This document shows, one piece after another, positions 20,149 through 30,079 of a stretch of 64,000 nucleotides of DNA (the first letter of the stretch is position 1; every line of letters starts with the position of its first letter). Origin of the DNA: Nitrospira sp. (GTDB lineage: Bacteria > Nitrospirota > Nitrospiria > Nitrospirales > Nitrospiraceae); assembly GCA_047150005.1 (NCBI GenBank), contig AP038806.1, positions 1,952,001 to 2,016,000 of the forward strand, given 5' to 3'. Under the pieces are notes generated by a model. It had not been told where the DNA came from, searched no databases, and was given only the letters and a program-made list of their open reading frames with translations. Position numbers and translations under genes: made by a program.

Positions 20149-21459
20149 TTGTCAGACAAGGACTCGGTCAGTATACTCACCTTCTTGCTTCGAACCATGC
20201 CATTTTTTCGTCACTATTCTCGGGGAGCTCGCTCCAGGTGGATCGGGGTTGCGGCGGCGCCCTGGCACAGGTCGGTCCTGACCGGCCGGCGACTTCTAGC
20301 GTCCGTGGCGTTCTTGGTCGGCGGCCTTTCGATCATCCTTGCCGCGCTTGCCTGTTCAAAGCAGGATCCGTACGTGCCGCCGGATCTCCTGTACTACTTC
20401 GCCAGTTACAAAGTGGGAAAGAATCCGACGACGGTCACGACCATGGACGTGAACCAGGACGGGTTGACCGATCTGGTCACAACGAACATTGCGAGCGACA
20501 CGTTATCCATTCTCATGGGGAACGGAGACGGTACCTTTCGCGATCAATTACAGCTGCACGTGTGCCAAGAACCGCGATCCCTCGCGACCGGAGCGTTCAA
20601 TGCCGACGTCTATCCTGACATCGTGCTTGCTTGTTCGGGAAGCGATCAGATTGCCGTCCTGTTCGGTCGCGCCGACGGGAAATTCGATGAAGGCCCACAG
20701 TACCCGGTCCATAGAACGCCCGTCGCCGTGGCGAGTGACGACTTGAACGGCGACCACGCCGCTGATTTGGTCGTCGCGCTGAGAAACGACAAAGTGAAAA
20801 TTTTTCTGGGTACCGGCAACGGAGAGTTCAAGCACGGACCGCAGTATGAGTACGGCGATACCCCGACTTCCGTCGCATTGTCGGACTTGAATCGCGACTC
20901 TATCGTGGACATGGTCGTCACAAACGGCGGCCCGATGTCCAATGCCGTATCGGTCTGGATCGGGAACGGCGACGGAACGTTCCGCATGCCGATCGATTAT
21001 AAATCGGGGAAACGACCTCTTGGGGTCAGTTTCGCCGACTTCAACAGCGACAAGATCCGCGACCTCCTGGTGATCAACGGTGAGCGCGACAGCTTTTCAA
21101 CATTTCTGGGAAACGGCAACGGCACGTTTCAGCCTGGCCGCGACTCCGGGGCGGATGCAGGTCCGAATTTCGGTCTGGCGCGTGATTTCAATGGAGACCA
21201 GCGCGCGGATGTGGCCATCGTTAATCTTCAGTCCAACGACCTGTCGATTCTCTTCGGCCGGGGGGACGGGACCTTTGAATATCCTCCGAGGAACTACAAG
21301 ACCAAACCAGGTCCGTTCGCCGTCGCCGTATTTCGTGCGACGACAAAGGAAGCCGAGGAGCCCGGGCTCGTGACGGCGGATAACGGGGCCGGGACCCTGT
21401 CGATTTTCCTGCACCGCGGCCTGAAAGCGACGGCGTTCCCTAAAGCCGCCGTGCCGTGA
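20149..21459 (+). CDS. FG-GAP/VCBS repeat beta-propeller, probable lipoprotein
   Basis: About seven D-x-N-x-D-G-x-x-D / GNGDGTF repeats; lipobox-like LALAC; true start probably downstream (e.g. 20197). Confidence 0.85.
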   Translation: MSDKDSVSILTFLLRTMPFFRHYSRGARSRWIGVAAAPWHRSVLTGRRLLASVAFLVGGLSIILAALACSKQDPYVPPDLLYYFASYKVGKNPTTVTTMDVNQDGLTDLVTTNIASDTLSILMGNGDGTFRDQLQLHVCQEPRSLATGAFNADVYPDIVLACSGSDQIAVLFGRADGKFDEGPQYPVHRTPVAVASDDLNGDHAADLVVALRNDKVKIFLGTGNGEFKHGPQYEYGDTPTSVALSDLNRDSIVDMVVTNGGPMSNAVSVWIGNGDGTFRMPIDYKSGKRPLGVSFADFNSDKIRDLLVINGERDSFSTFLGNGNGTFQPGRDSGADAGPNFGLARDFNGDQRADVAIVNLQSNDLSILFGRGDGTFEYPPRNYKTKPGPFAVAVFRATTKEAEEPGLVTADNGAGTLSIFLHRGLKATAFPKAAVP

Positions 21460-21521
21460 TCGCTGTGCCGGCGTGGACATCATCATACGACCGAAACCAC
21501 AGAATCGAATCGAGCCTCTGC

Positions 21522-21550
21522 TTGACTCTCCGAAGACCGTCCGCTAGAGT
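21522..21550 (+). promoter_or_regulatory. Putative sigma-70 promoter
   Basis: TTGACT-N17-TAGAGT. Confidence 0.5.
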
Positions 21551-21596
21551 GGCCGACAGGCGCGGTTTTGCGGTGTTGCGCCGTAGCTGAGGCGCG

Positions 21597-21800
21597 GTGG
21601 TGAGATCGTTCACATGGTGGTTCGCGATCGGCGCGCTGCTCACGCTTTCGGTACTGATGGTGCAGGGAGGCGTGCGGGACCTGATCGACGGAACCCATCC
21701 GGCGGGAGGTGCAAATCCCTACCTCTCGTTCGGCACGACGATTTTCGGCGGGGGCCTACTGGCAGGGTGTCTCGCGTTGGTCATGAAACGGATCGGATGA
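21597..21800 (+). CDS. Small two-TM membrane protein
   Basis: Two hydrophobic helices; lies downstream of the predicted promoter. Confidence 0.55.
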   Translation: MVRSFTWWFAIGALLTLSVLMVQGGVRDLIDGTHPAGGANPYLSFGTTIFGGGLLAGCLALVMKRIG

Positions 21801-21827
21801 CCGCCTCGTGGCACGTCAAGGTTTTCG

Positions 21828-22016
21828 ATGCATTGCCTTAAATGTCAAGGCTTCATGATGATCGAGCGTCACTATACTCTGGTGAATCGTCGTCTCTACG
21901 CTCGCTGTTTGAACTGCGGATTTTGGATCGATCTTGCCGACCTCCTTCGTTTCTTCCATAAAGTCATCGACAGCGGATTCCGCGGCAGCAAAGTGCGGGA
22001 GTCATTCACATTGTAG
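21828..22016 (+). CDS. Small Zn-ribbon protein
   Basis: CLKC..CLNCG motif pair. Confidence 0.6.
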   Translation: MHCLKCQGFMMIERHYTLVNRRLYARCLNCGFWIDLADLLRFFHKVIDSGFRGSKVRESFTL

Positions 22017-22026
22017 TCAGGGGGCG

Positions 22027-22953
22027 ATGACGGCCATGCGCGCGCGGAGTTCAGGACTGATTCTGTGGCCTCGCTTCGTCGCGGCGGTACTCTGCTGGGG
22101 GATCCTGATCACGGGGTTGACGGGCATCACGCCGTCGCCGACGGAAGCCAAGCGCGCTTCGGTTTCGTCCAGGCCGGCCCATGCTTCGGGCGCCGACGGC
22201 ACAGCGCTTCCCTGGCGACGCGTCCCCGCCCACAGCATTCTGTTAAAGGAACTCAACAGCGGGCGTGTTCTGTATGAGCACGAATCTGGCAAGCGGCTCT
22301 CGCCGGCGAGCCTGACGAAGATCATGTCGGCGCTGGTAATCCTCGAGCGAGGCCGCTTGGACGATCTGGTCACCGTAAGCCCGACGGCCGCGCGCGCACA
22401 TAAGATTCATCTCCGGCTCAAGCCGGGCCAAGTGTTTCGGCTCGAGGATCTTCTGAAGGGCATGCTCATCATGTCAGCGAACGATGCCTGCCTGGCGGCA
22501 GTCGAACATGTCGGCGGAGACGAATCGCAATTCGTGTCGCTCATGAATGCCAAGGCGAGCGCTCTCGGATTGTCGGACACGCATTTCAGCAATGCCTGCG
22601 GCTTCGATCATTCCGATCACTATTCGACCGCCGAAGATCTGGCGCGCTTGAGTGTCATCGCGCTCGAGCAGCCGACTTTCCGCCGGTTGGTTCGCGAAGA
22701 ACGAGCGATCATCATGCCGATCAACGGTACGCATGCCCACGTGCTGCACAACACCAACCGATTGCTTGGCCGCATTCCCGGCGTTGAGGGAGTAAAGACC
22801 GGTTTTACGTCCAAGGCCGGACGGTGTCTGATTGCAAAAGTGTCCCAGAACGGCAGCGACCTGCTGCTCGTCATTCTCAATTCCAATCGCCGGTGGAACA
22901 CCGCAATGAGCCTAATCAACTACGGCCTTCGCACGTCCGATTCCATTCGCTAG
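22027..22953 (+). CDS. D-alanyl-D-alanine carboxypeptidase (peptidase S11)
   Basis: PASLTK (SxxK), SAN (SxN), KTG; N-terminal TM/signal. Confidence 0.92.
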   Translation: MTAMRARSSGLILWPRFVAAVLCWGILITGLTGITPSPTEAKRASVSSRPAHASGADGTALPWRRVPAHSILLKELNSGRVLYEHESGKRLSPASLTKIMSALVILERGRLDDLVTVSPTAARAHKIHLRLKPGQVFRLEDLLKGMLIMSANDACLAAVEHVGGDESQFVSLMNAKASALGLSDTHFSNACGFDHSDHYSTAEDLARLSVIALEQPTFRRLVREERAIIMPINGTHAHVLHNTNRLLGRIPGVEGVKTGFTSKAGRCLIAKVSQNGSDLLLVILNSNRRWNTAMSLINYGLRTSDSIR

Positions 22954-23064
22954 TCGCTCACCATCGTCATGGATCTCGGCTCGGTTGCGCGTGGTCGTGA
23001 GATCGTGATGTATATCGGGCTATCTCCAGCCTGGAGGAGGGCTGCATGCAAGGAGGAACGCGGA

Positions 23065-23598
23065 CTAGCGGAGCGGGGAAAACTCAATATTCACGTCTTT
23101 CCCCAGGTAGTTGATGACGAATCCCTGTTTGTCATAAGCAAGGACGGCTCCCATGACATTCTCGTCACCGTAATCTTCCTGGCCGAGCAACTTCCGAACA
23201 TCTTCAGGACTCTCACTGTTGAGGACGTTTCGGAAGACACCGCGCGTCTTATAGGCAAATCTGTTGTTCACGAAGATAAGGTCGACTTTCCCGTCCTGGA
23301 CCCGCACACCGGCCATCGGACCGGTCGGTTTTCTCTGATCGAGGAGAAAAATAAACAAGGCTTCCTGCTCGACCTTCACGCCGGGGATCTTCTCGTTAAC
23401 CAACACATCGAGGGCCTTCGCCTCGCTGTCGCCGAGTTTGACTCCAAACAGGGATACCTCGGAACTCTTGATGTTCTTGGCATCCATCACATCGTTCTTG
23501 CTTAATTCATAGGGTTCCGCGAATCCGGCCGAAACGGACACGCAGACGGCGGCCAAGGACATACAGGTCAGCATCACGGCTCGCACCATCGCGCTCAT
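23065..23598 (-). CDS. Hypothetical exported protein
   Basis: Signal peptide; SD AAGGAGG upstream. Confidence 0.75.
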   Translation of the reverse strand: MSAMVRAVMLTCMSLAAVCVSVSAGFAEPYELSKNDVMDAKNIKSSEVSLFGVKLGDSEAKALDVLVNEKIPGVKVEQEALFIFLLDQRKPTGPMAGVRVQDGKVDLIFVNNRFAYKTRGVFRNVLNSESPEDVRKLLGQEDYGDENVMGAVLAYDKQGFVINYLGKDVNIEFSPLR

Positions 23599-23674
23599 TC
23601 ATTCCTCCTTGACGCACAGACCCGTATGACTGTGGGAATCCAATACATCAGTGCGGGGGCACATGAACGGGCTC

Positions 23675-23704
23675 ATTCTAACGAAGGAAAGAGGTAACTT
23701 GCAA
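23675..23704 (-). promoter_or_regulatory. Putative sigma-70 promoter
   Basis: Minus strand TTGCAA-N18-TAGAAT. Confidence 0.45.
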
Positions 23705-23967
23705 GGAAAGGCTTGGATTCCTGAATGGTTAGCTTCATATGAGGCTCGTCGCTTCAAGAGCGCATGTGAGAATGACAACATCGGAGGAGGAATTCGAAGC
23801 ATTGGTGGAGCATCTTGTGACAGCGCTCAATGCTCTGAGGGTACCGCCTCGTGAGCAACAAGAGCTGCTTGCCATTCTGACTCCCATGAAGAAAGACATT
23901 GTCGAGTTTCCGTAGAGCGAGGTGGGGGGGACACGGCATCAAGGCTCCTCCTGACCAGACCACAGAA

Positions 23968-24252
23968 TCATGTCGTGATCAACAGGAGGGTCCCCAGTTC
24001 CCGCAGCCGGTTAAAGTAGGAGCGACATTCATCATTGATCTCGATTTCGAGGGCGTCCAGTTCAACAAGGCAGTCGCTCACGATGGCTCGTCGCTGTTCA
24101 TCGAGCGCTTCTTCTCCGTCGAGCACATGGACGACGCATCCGCTGATGACCGTGTCCAAGGTCATCAGGGGACCTTCTTGGTCTGTTTCGATATGAGGCC
24201 ACTCGTCGTTCTTATGCGCCTGCCAAAGGTTGATAAGCATCTCTCGGTTCAT
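23968..24252 (-). CDS. Hypothetical acidic helical protein
   Basis: ORF from MNREMLINLW; plausible composition; lies downstream of gdhA. Confidence 0.6.
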   Translation of the reverse strand: MNREMLINLWQAHKNDEWPHIETDQEGPLMTLDTVISGCVVHVLDGEEALDEQRRAIVSDCLVELDALEIEINDECRSYFNRLRELGTLLLITT

Positions 24253-24399
24253 GACATGCCTGGGCGACTCGATCGTCGGAGAGGCGTTCACCCTATCCGA
24301 TAGCGCCGTCCATCCGCAAGCGCGCGGCCGGTCGTCCTCGCGCCTCGCCTCCAAGACCTCTGTCGCATCGTCTCCCAGGGATCCTGCGGAGGGACTTCC

Positions 24400-25656
24400 T
24401 TACGGGTACAATCCTCGGTGCCGGTGCGCCTGAGCCACTTTGTCGATCCCGCTCATGAGGGCCGCCATGCGCATCGATGTATGTTTGGCCTCCGCGAATC
24501 GTAGAGTCCGTTGGAACGCTGCGGTCATCAAGTCGTGCAACCGTTCCTGGATGTCCGATGCCTTCCAAAAAAAGCGCTGGGCATCCTGCACCCACTCAAA
24601 ATACGAAACGATCACGCCTCCCGAATTGGCCAAGATATCCGGTATGACAAAGACTCCCTTGTCCTGGACGATCCGGTCCGCTTCCAGAGTGGTCGGACCG
24701 TTGGCGCCTTCGGCCAGGATCCGGCAACGGAGCTTTGAGGCGTTGCGACCCGTAATCTGTTCGGAAAGCGCGGCCGGCACAAGCACGGTACAGTCAAGTT
24801 GCAGGAGTTCGTCGTTCGAAAGCGCGTCACCCAGCTTGGTTTCACTCAGTGGGATGCCTGCCTCCTTATAGCGGGCGAGCAGCAACGGGATGTCCAGACC
24901 TTTCGGATTGTAAATGCCCCCGCGGACGTCGCTGACAGCGATGACCCGGGCCCCGCATTCGCTTATGATGCGCGCCGTATGTGCGCCGACATTACCGAAT
25001 CCTTGAATGACCACCGTGGCGTTACGAATGTCCAAGTTGAGATGGCGGAGAGCTTCGAGCGTGACATAGACCACCCCACGCCCGGTGGCCTCCTCTCGCC
25101 CGAGGCTCCCACCGATAGAAAGAGGTTTCCCGGTCACGACTCCCGGCACGGCATAGCCGACCTGCTGGCTATAGGTGTCCATGATCCATGCCATCACTTG
25201 CGCGTCGGTCCCCACGTCCGGCGCGGGGACATCCTTGTCGGGACCGATGAAGGGAAGAATCTCGGCGGCATAGCGACGCGTCAAGCGCTGCAATTCGCCG
25301 CGGGTCAATTGCTTGGGATTTATGGCGACTCCTCCCTTGGCCCCGCCGTAAGGTAAATCGGCCAGCGCGCATTTCCAGGTCATCCACATCGCCAGCGCGG
25401 CGACCTCTCCGAGATTGACGTCGGGGTGGTAGCGGATTCCCCCTTTCGACGGCCCGCGTGACGTGTCGTGCTGCACACGGTAGCCGGTAAAGACTTCAAC
25501 TCTGCCGTCATCCATACGAACAGGAATACTGACGACCAGCGAACGCTGCGGACATTTGAGCCGCTCCCGCAAATTCGGGTCCAAGCCCATGCTCTCTGCC
25601 GCCTGATCGAATTGCGCGACGGCCAGACGGAAGGTAGGGGTGTCCAGTTCATGCAT
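24400..25656 (-). CDS. gdhA: Glutamate dehydrogenase (Glu/Leu/Phe/Val family)
   Basis: KGGIRYHP, MTWKCA, GGAKGG, PAPDVGT, GFGNVG, EGANGP. Confidence 0.93.
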   Translation of the reverse strand: MHELDTPTFRLAVAQFDQAAESMGLDPNLRERLKCPQRSLVVSIPVRMDDGRVEVFTGYRVQHDTSRGPSKGGIRYHPDVNLGEVAALAMWMTWKCALADLPYGGAKGGVAINPKQLTRGELQRLTRRYAAEILPFIGPDKDVPAPDVGTDAQVMAWIMDTYSQQVGYAVPGVVTGKPLSIGGSLGREEATGRGVVYVTLEALRHLNLDIRNATVVIQGFGNVGAHTARIISECGARVIAVSDVRGGIYNPKGLDIPLLLARYKEAGIPLSETKLGDALSNDELLQLDCTVLVPAALSEQITGRNASKLRCRILAEGANGPTTLEADRIVQDKGVFVIPDILANSGGVIVSYFEWVQDAQRFFWKASDIQERLHDLMTAAFQRTLRFAEAKHTSMRMAALMSGIDKVAQAHRHRGLYP

Positions 25657-26392
25657 GATGGGTGTGCTCCTTCTCGAATTCCACGCTCGAAGAGGAAACT
25701 CCGACGTCCCAGGTCAGCTTAAAAATATCGGCGAACTGTTCCGCCACCTGCTGTGCAACCGGACGGACAGGCACTGAAGAACCGCGTAGCGCGGCCATAG
25801 AAGTCGGTCTGTACTGGTCCAGACCGCAGGGAATGATGTGTGAAAAAGGCGTCATGTCGAGGTCAACATTCAGGGCAAACCCGTGCAATGTCACCCCATG
25901 CTCCACCCGAACACCGATGGAGGCGAGCTTTGCCGTTCGTCCTTCCACATCGACGAAAAGCCCTGGCGCCTTGGTGAGGCGACGAGCCTCTATTCCCCAA
26001 TGTGCCAGGGTACAGCGCAGGGTTTCTTCCAACAGCCATACGTATTGTTTTGGGCCTGATGCGCTGTGCGACAAGCGGACGACGGGATAGCCGACCAGCT
26101 GTCCGGGACCGTGATAGGTCACGGATCCGCCGCGATTCGTGACGACGACTTGCGCGCCCGTGGCCTGGAGGACCGATTCTCCTTGTGGAAGATGAGTCGG
26201 AAGAGTACGCCGTCCGAGCGTGTAGACTGCGCGATGCTCCAACAATAGTAACGTATCGGATCTTCGGTCGGCCACGCGCTCGGCGTGCAGTCGCTGCTGA
26301 AGGAGCCATGCGTCGGCATAATCGAGAGGGGCTGCCATCATGAGAAGGCTCCCTCGTCGTGTATCGTCTCGACGCGACGACACTTCGTTCAC
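25649..26392 (-). CDS. lipB: Lipoyl(octanoyl) transferase
   Basis: LLEH..VYTLG, RGGSVTYHGPGQLVGYP, KLASIG, HGFALN, PCG. Confidence 0.93.
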   Translation of the reverse strand: MNEVSSRRDDTRRGSLLMMAAPLDYADAWLLQQRLHAERVADRRSDTLLLLEHRAVYTLGRRTLPTHLPQGESVLQATGAQVVVTNRGGSVTYHGPGQLVGYPVVRLSHSASGPKQYVWLLEETLRCTLAHWGIEARRLTKAPGLFVDVEGRTAKLASIGVRVEHGVTLHGFALNVDLDMTPFSHIIPCGLDQYRPTSMAALRGSSVPVRPVAQQVAEQFADIFKLTWDVGVSSSSVEFEKEHTHHA

Positions 26393-27453
26393 GGTGTGGA
26401 CCTGATTGCCGCCGGCGGCTTGGGAAGCTGCAGCGTTGCGGGGCCGCTCTTCCCATGCAACGTCAACTGGACGGACGGCTGATCGCCGGAACGGAGCAAG
26501 GCGTGCCAGAAGTCTCCGGTGTTGAAGATCTGGCGCTGATCGACGGCGGTAATGATATCGTGGTCTTGGAGTCCTCCGGCACCGGCAGGCTTGGTGCCGT
26601 CCACTTCAAGCGCGAGTACGCCACGATCTCCGTCCAAGCCGAACGTCGCCGTAATGCTGGGTGTCACGGTCACAGGGACGAACCCCAGATCGGGCCGGTA
26701 AATCGAGCCTCGCACAATCATGGACTGGATGTGAGGATAGATCGCGTCCATTGAAATGGCGTAGCTGATGGCCTGCGCCGAGGGCGCGATCGCGACATTG
26801 ACTCCGATCACCCGGCCGGACAGATCGACGAGCGGACCGCCGCTGTTGCCGGGATTAATCGCTGCATCGGTTTGGATGAGGTCATAGAGGGTTTCCCCAT
26901 CGGGCGTCAGCACGGATCGATCCAGGGCGCTGACCACACCGACGGTGACGGTAGAGCCTCCCTTCAGAGGATTGCCGATCGCCACGACCGACTCACCGAT
27001 TTCCAGGGTGGGCGAAGGGCTCAGGGCCGCCGGAACCAGATCCTGAGCATTGATTTTGACGAGCGCAAGGTCGAGTAGGAAATCGCGAGCCACCACCCTT
27101 CCCGGCGTAAGCCGACCGGTTGAAAGCCCGACAACGACGCTCTTTGCGCCGGTCACCAGATGATTGTTGGTCAGTATATAGCCGCCTTCGTCGATGATCA
27201 CGCCCGAGCCTGAGCCTGATTGCGGTTGAGTTGGAGAGGCGGCGGGAGCCCCGCGGGTCAAGATTGTGACGACCGACGGCCTGACCTTGGCCACGACGGC
27301 CGGGACTGAAAGCGTCTTGCCCGATGCCGCGACGGGAGTCGATCCCGGTTCGCCGAACGACGGCGGGCTCGATATGAGCTGTGCGGTGCCGATCAAGCAG
27401 AGGAAAATGTACGGTCGGGAGGACTCATGGAAGTGGATCATGACTCGCATCAT
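26389..27453 (-). CDS. HtrA/DegS-like trypsin protease with one PDZ domain
   Basis: LTNNH, DLAL, INPGNSGGPL; C-terminal PDZ-like region. Confidence 0.9.
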   Translation of the reverse strand: MMRVMIHFHESSRPYIFLCLIGTAQLISSPPSFGEPGSTPVAASGKTLSVPAVVAKVRPSVVTILTRGAPAASPTQPQSGSGSGVIIDEGGYILTNNHLVTGAKSVVVGLSTGRLTPGRVVARDFLLDLALVKINAQDLVPAALSPSPTLEIGESVVAIGNPLKGGSTVTVGVVSALDRSVLTPDGETLYDLIQTDAAINPGNSGGPLVDLSGRVIGVNVAIAPSAQAISYAISMDAIYPHIQSMIVRGSIYRPDLGFVPVTVTPSITATFGLDGDRGVLALEVDGTKPAGAGGLQDHDIITAVDQRQIFNTGDFWHALLRSGDQPSVQLTLHGKSGPATLQLPKPPAAIRSTP

Positions 27454-27504
27454 CTCCGCGGCTCATTCTGGCATAATTCTTCTCATGAGTGAAAGCAGCA
27501 GACG

Positions 27505-27541
27505 GAAGAAAGGGGGCGGGAATGGCTTCCCGTCCCCTTTC
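27505..27541 (-). terminator. Intrinsic terminator after the sigma factor gene
   Basis: AAAGGGGGCGGGAA-tggc-TTCCCGTCCCCTTT stem; T-rich tail on the minus strand. Confidence 0.6.
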
Positions 27542-27570
27542 CATGGGTCTTCGAACCGACGTGAGGCGCG

Positions 27571-28824
27571 TTATTGGATGGACGCGAACATCTCCTTAAT
27601 GGCCGGAGTCTTCAACTTCTTGAGCGCTTTGGCTTCAATCTGTCTGATCCGCTCTCTGGTGACCGAAAGATTTTGCCCAACCTGCTCAAGCGTTGATGGT
27701 TGGTCGTATCCGATGCCGAAACGCAGCCGGATGACCGTCTGTTCTCTCGGTGTCAGCGTGCTGAGAATCCGGTCGAGTTGATTCGTCATTTCAGTCCGGT
27801 GGACATGCGCATCGGGCGGTACCGCCTGCAAATCCGGCAGCAACTCACCCAACTCGGTTGTTCCATCCCCGACCGGATGTTCAAGGGCGATAGGTTCCTG
27901 AAACGCCTGAAGGGTTTCATGAAGCCGCTCCGGTCGCATTCTGAGCACTTGCGCGATCTCTTCCAGCTTGGCCGGACGGCCCAGCTGTTGGCCGAGACGT
28001 CTCGTGACCCGCATAATGCGGTGTGAAGCTTCGGTTTGGTGCACCGGAATCCGGATCGTACGAGACTGGTCGGCCAGTGCGCGCGTGATCCCTTGCCGGA
28101 TCCACCACGTGGCATAGGTGCTGAACTTGAATCCCTTTCGATATTGATACCGCTCCGCGGCCTTCATCAGGCCGATGTTGCCTTCCTGAACAAGGTCGAG
28201 CAAGGTCAACCCTCTCCGCGTGTAGTGTTTGGCGACATCAACGACCAGACGGAGGTTGCATCGCACCAATTCATCCTTGGCCACTTCCAGTACGCTTCTG
28301 GCTTCGTGGATCGTCCCAAGAGATTGGTTGAGTTGCCGCACGATTGCGGCAGGAAGCTTAGTCTGTCCGGAAGCATTCTTGATCAATGCCACCAAGCAGA
28401 GTTCCGCCTTGTCCAATGCCGTGGCCGACAGGCCGCTCAAACGACGCACCATTTGCAACGTCCGGCACGCCTCCATCACTGCTTCCGAACGCCTTGCACG
28501 CGAGAGGATCTTGACGATCGAACGGAGTACGATTCGAATAGACGCGGTTCCTTGATCGATGCGCTTGGCTAAGGCGGTTTCCTCTTCCCTCGTCAGCAAT
28601 GCCCGCTCGCCGAAGGATTGAAAGTACAATGATTCCAGCATGAAGGGACCATCAGTCACCTGCCGTCTCGCCGGTGGGGCTACGTCACGGGACGACCGCT
28701 CGCTGGCGGAATCACGGCCGATCATATCGAGGAGATCACTGGCTTCCGGATTGTCTGCGTCGGTATCCTTCTCGATCGGTGCGCTTTTTTCGGCTTCTTC
28801 AACGGGGAACAATTTATCCTTCAT
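27571..28824 (-). CDS. RpoD/RpoS-like sigma-70 family factor lacking region 1.1
   Basis: NLRLVV, DLVQEGNIGLMKA, KFSTYATWWIRQ, region 4 VTRERIRQIE. Confidence 0.92.
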   Translation of the reverse strand: MKDKLFPVEEAEKSAPIEKDTDADNPEASDLLDMIGRDSASERSSRDVAPPARRQVTDGPFMLESLYFQSFGERALLTREEETALAKRIDQGTASIRIVLRSIVKILSRARRSEAVMEACRTLQMVRRLSGLSATALDKAELCLVALIKNASGQTKLPAAIVRQLNQSLGTIHEARSVLEVAKDELVRCNLRLVVDVAKHYTRRGLTLLDLVQEGNIGLMKAAERYQYRKGFKFSTYATWWIRQGITRALADQSRTIRIPVHQTEASHRIMRVTRRLGQQLGRPAKLEEIAQVLRMRPERLHETLQAFQEPIALEHPVGDGTTELGELLPDLQAVPPDAHVHRTEMTNQLDRILSTLTPREQTVIRLRFGIGYDQPSTLEQVGQNLSVTRERIRQIEAKALKKLKTPAIKEMFASIQ

Positions 28825-29212
28825 ATTGCCCTCCCTCACCTCCGAACCTCTGCACGCTGTGATTCACCGCGGGGATCCATAAGCCCAATTAAGTAAGAGC
28901 CTCGTTCCGTCAAAACGATTCGCCGAGTGCGGTGTACAACTGGTCTCAGCATAACTACGGAGCAAATCCTATGCTGGATTGATCATGAGAAATTCGTTGG
29001 GCGATCATGCTGAAAAGGCGAGTTTATTAGAGTCGCTTAATGAAAAAATCCTCGCTGGCCTGAGGCGATCCTGTAGGAATTCATCGAGTGTCAACGACAC
29101 GTTGGTGGCGCATTCGCCACACCAGCGTGCAGCAGCATGGGATACCGGGCGATACCGAGTCGGATAAACGGTGCTGGCACAGGTTTTCGTCATGCTGCTA
29201 GAATGGCCCCCC

Positions 29213-30079
29213 ATGATCACGCTGCGTCACGGCGAACGTATTCATCTCGTGGATAAAAAGGGGCGCCATTATGCCTTGACGCTGAAGGCAGGAGAGACGT
29301 ATCAGTTCAGCGGACAGACCATTCCCCACGACGAATTGATCGGCAAGGCGGACGGGACATTGGTCACGCTTTCCGGCGGTAAGCCGATGTTGGCCCTCCG
29401 TCCGACGTTCGGCGAATATGTGTTGAAGATGCCTCGCGGTGCGCAGGTCCTCTACCCGAAGGACCTCGCGCTCATCACCATGTGGGCGGACATTTATCCC
29501 GGAGCCAGAGTGTTTGAGGCGGGAACAGGTTCGGGTGCCCTGACCATGGCGCTCTTGCGCGCCGTGGGACACCGAGGGCTCGTCGTGACGTATGAGGCGC
29601 GGGAGGATTTTGCTCGGACTGCCATGATGAATGTTGAACGATACATGGGCACCGTGCCGAATCTTGTTCCGCTCCGCCGAAACGCCTATGAAGGGATTGA
29701 TTTACCGGAAGACCGGTTGCCGTTCGATCGCGTCGTGCTCGATTTGCCGGAACCCTGGCACGTCGTGAACCATGCGGCAGCCGTACTTCGCTCAGGGGGA
29801 ATTTTCCTCAGCTTTGTCCCAACCGTACCTCAGGTCCAACAGACCGTCGAGGCATTGGAGCGGGCTGCGGTCTTCGGCATGCCTGAGACCTTCGAGACGC
29901 TGCTCAGAACATGGTCAATTCAAGGCCGCAGTGTACGACCGGACCATCGCATGGTTGCGCACTCCGGCTTCCTCACCGTGGCCAGGAAAGTCGAGCCCGG
30001 ATTCTGGGGAGGGTCCGCGATCCCCCGGCACGAGACCGGCGACGGGGGAGAACATGCCGATCACGAGGAAGCCACATGA
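29213..30079 (+). CDS. trmI: tRNA (adenine58-N1)-methyltransferase
   Basis: MPRGAQVLYPKD, EAGTGSGALT, LDLPEPW, RPDHRMVAHSGFL. Confidence 0.9.
   Translation: MITLRHGERIHLVDKKGRHYALTLKAGETYQFSGQTIPHDELIGKADGTLVTLSGGKPMLALRPTFGEYVLKMPRGAQVLYPKDLALITMWADIYPGARVFEAGTGSGALTMALLRAVGHRGLVVTYEAREDFARTAMMNVERYMGTVPNLVPLRRNAYEGIDLPEDRLPFDRVVLDLPEPWHVVNHAAAVLRSGGIFLSFVPTVPQVQQTVEALERAAVFGMPETFETLLRTWSIQGRSVRPDHRMVAHSGFLTVARKVEPGFWGGSAIPRHETGDGGEHADHEEAT

Noticed and set aside
20400..21300. Repeated GGCAACGG/GACGG-type DNA motifs as a repeat array or CRISPR
   Set aside because: They are coding FG-GAP repeats; no constant repeat-spacer periodicity and no cas genes in the window
28960..29190. Sigma-54-like sequences near the sigma factor/trmI divergent region (minus-strand CAGCATAGGATTTGCT; plus-strand TGGCACAGGTTTTCGT)
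   Set aside because: Each lacks one invariant dinucleotide (GG or GC)
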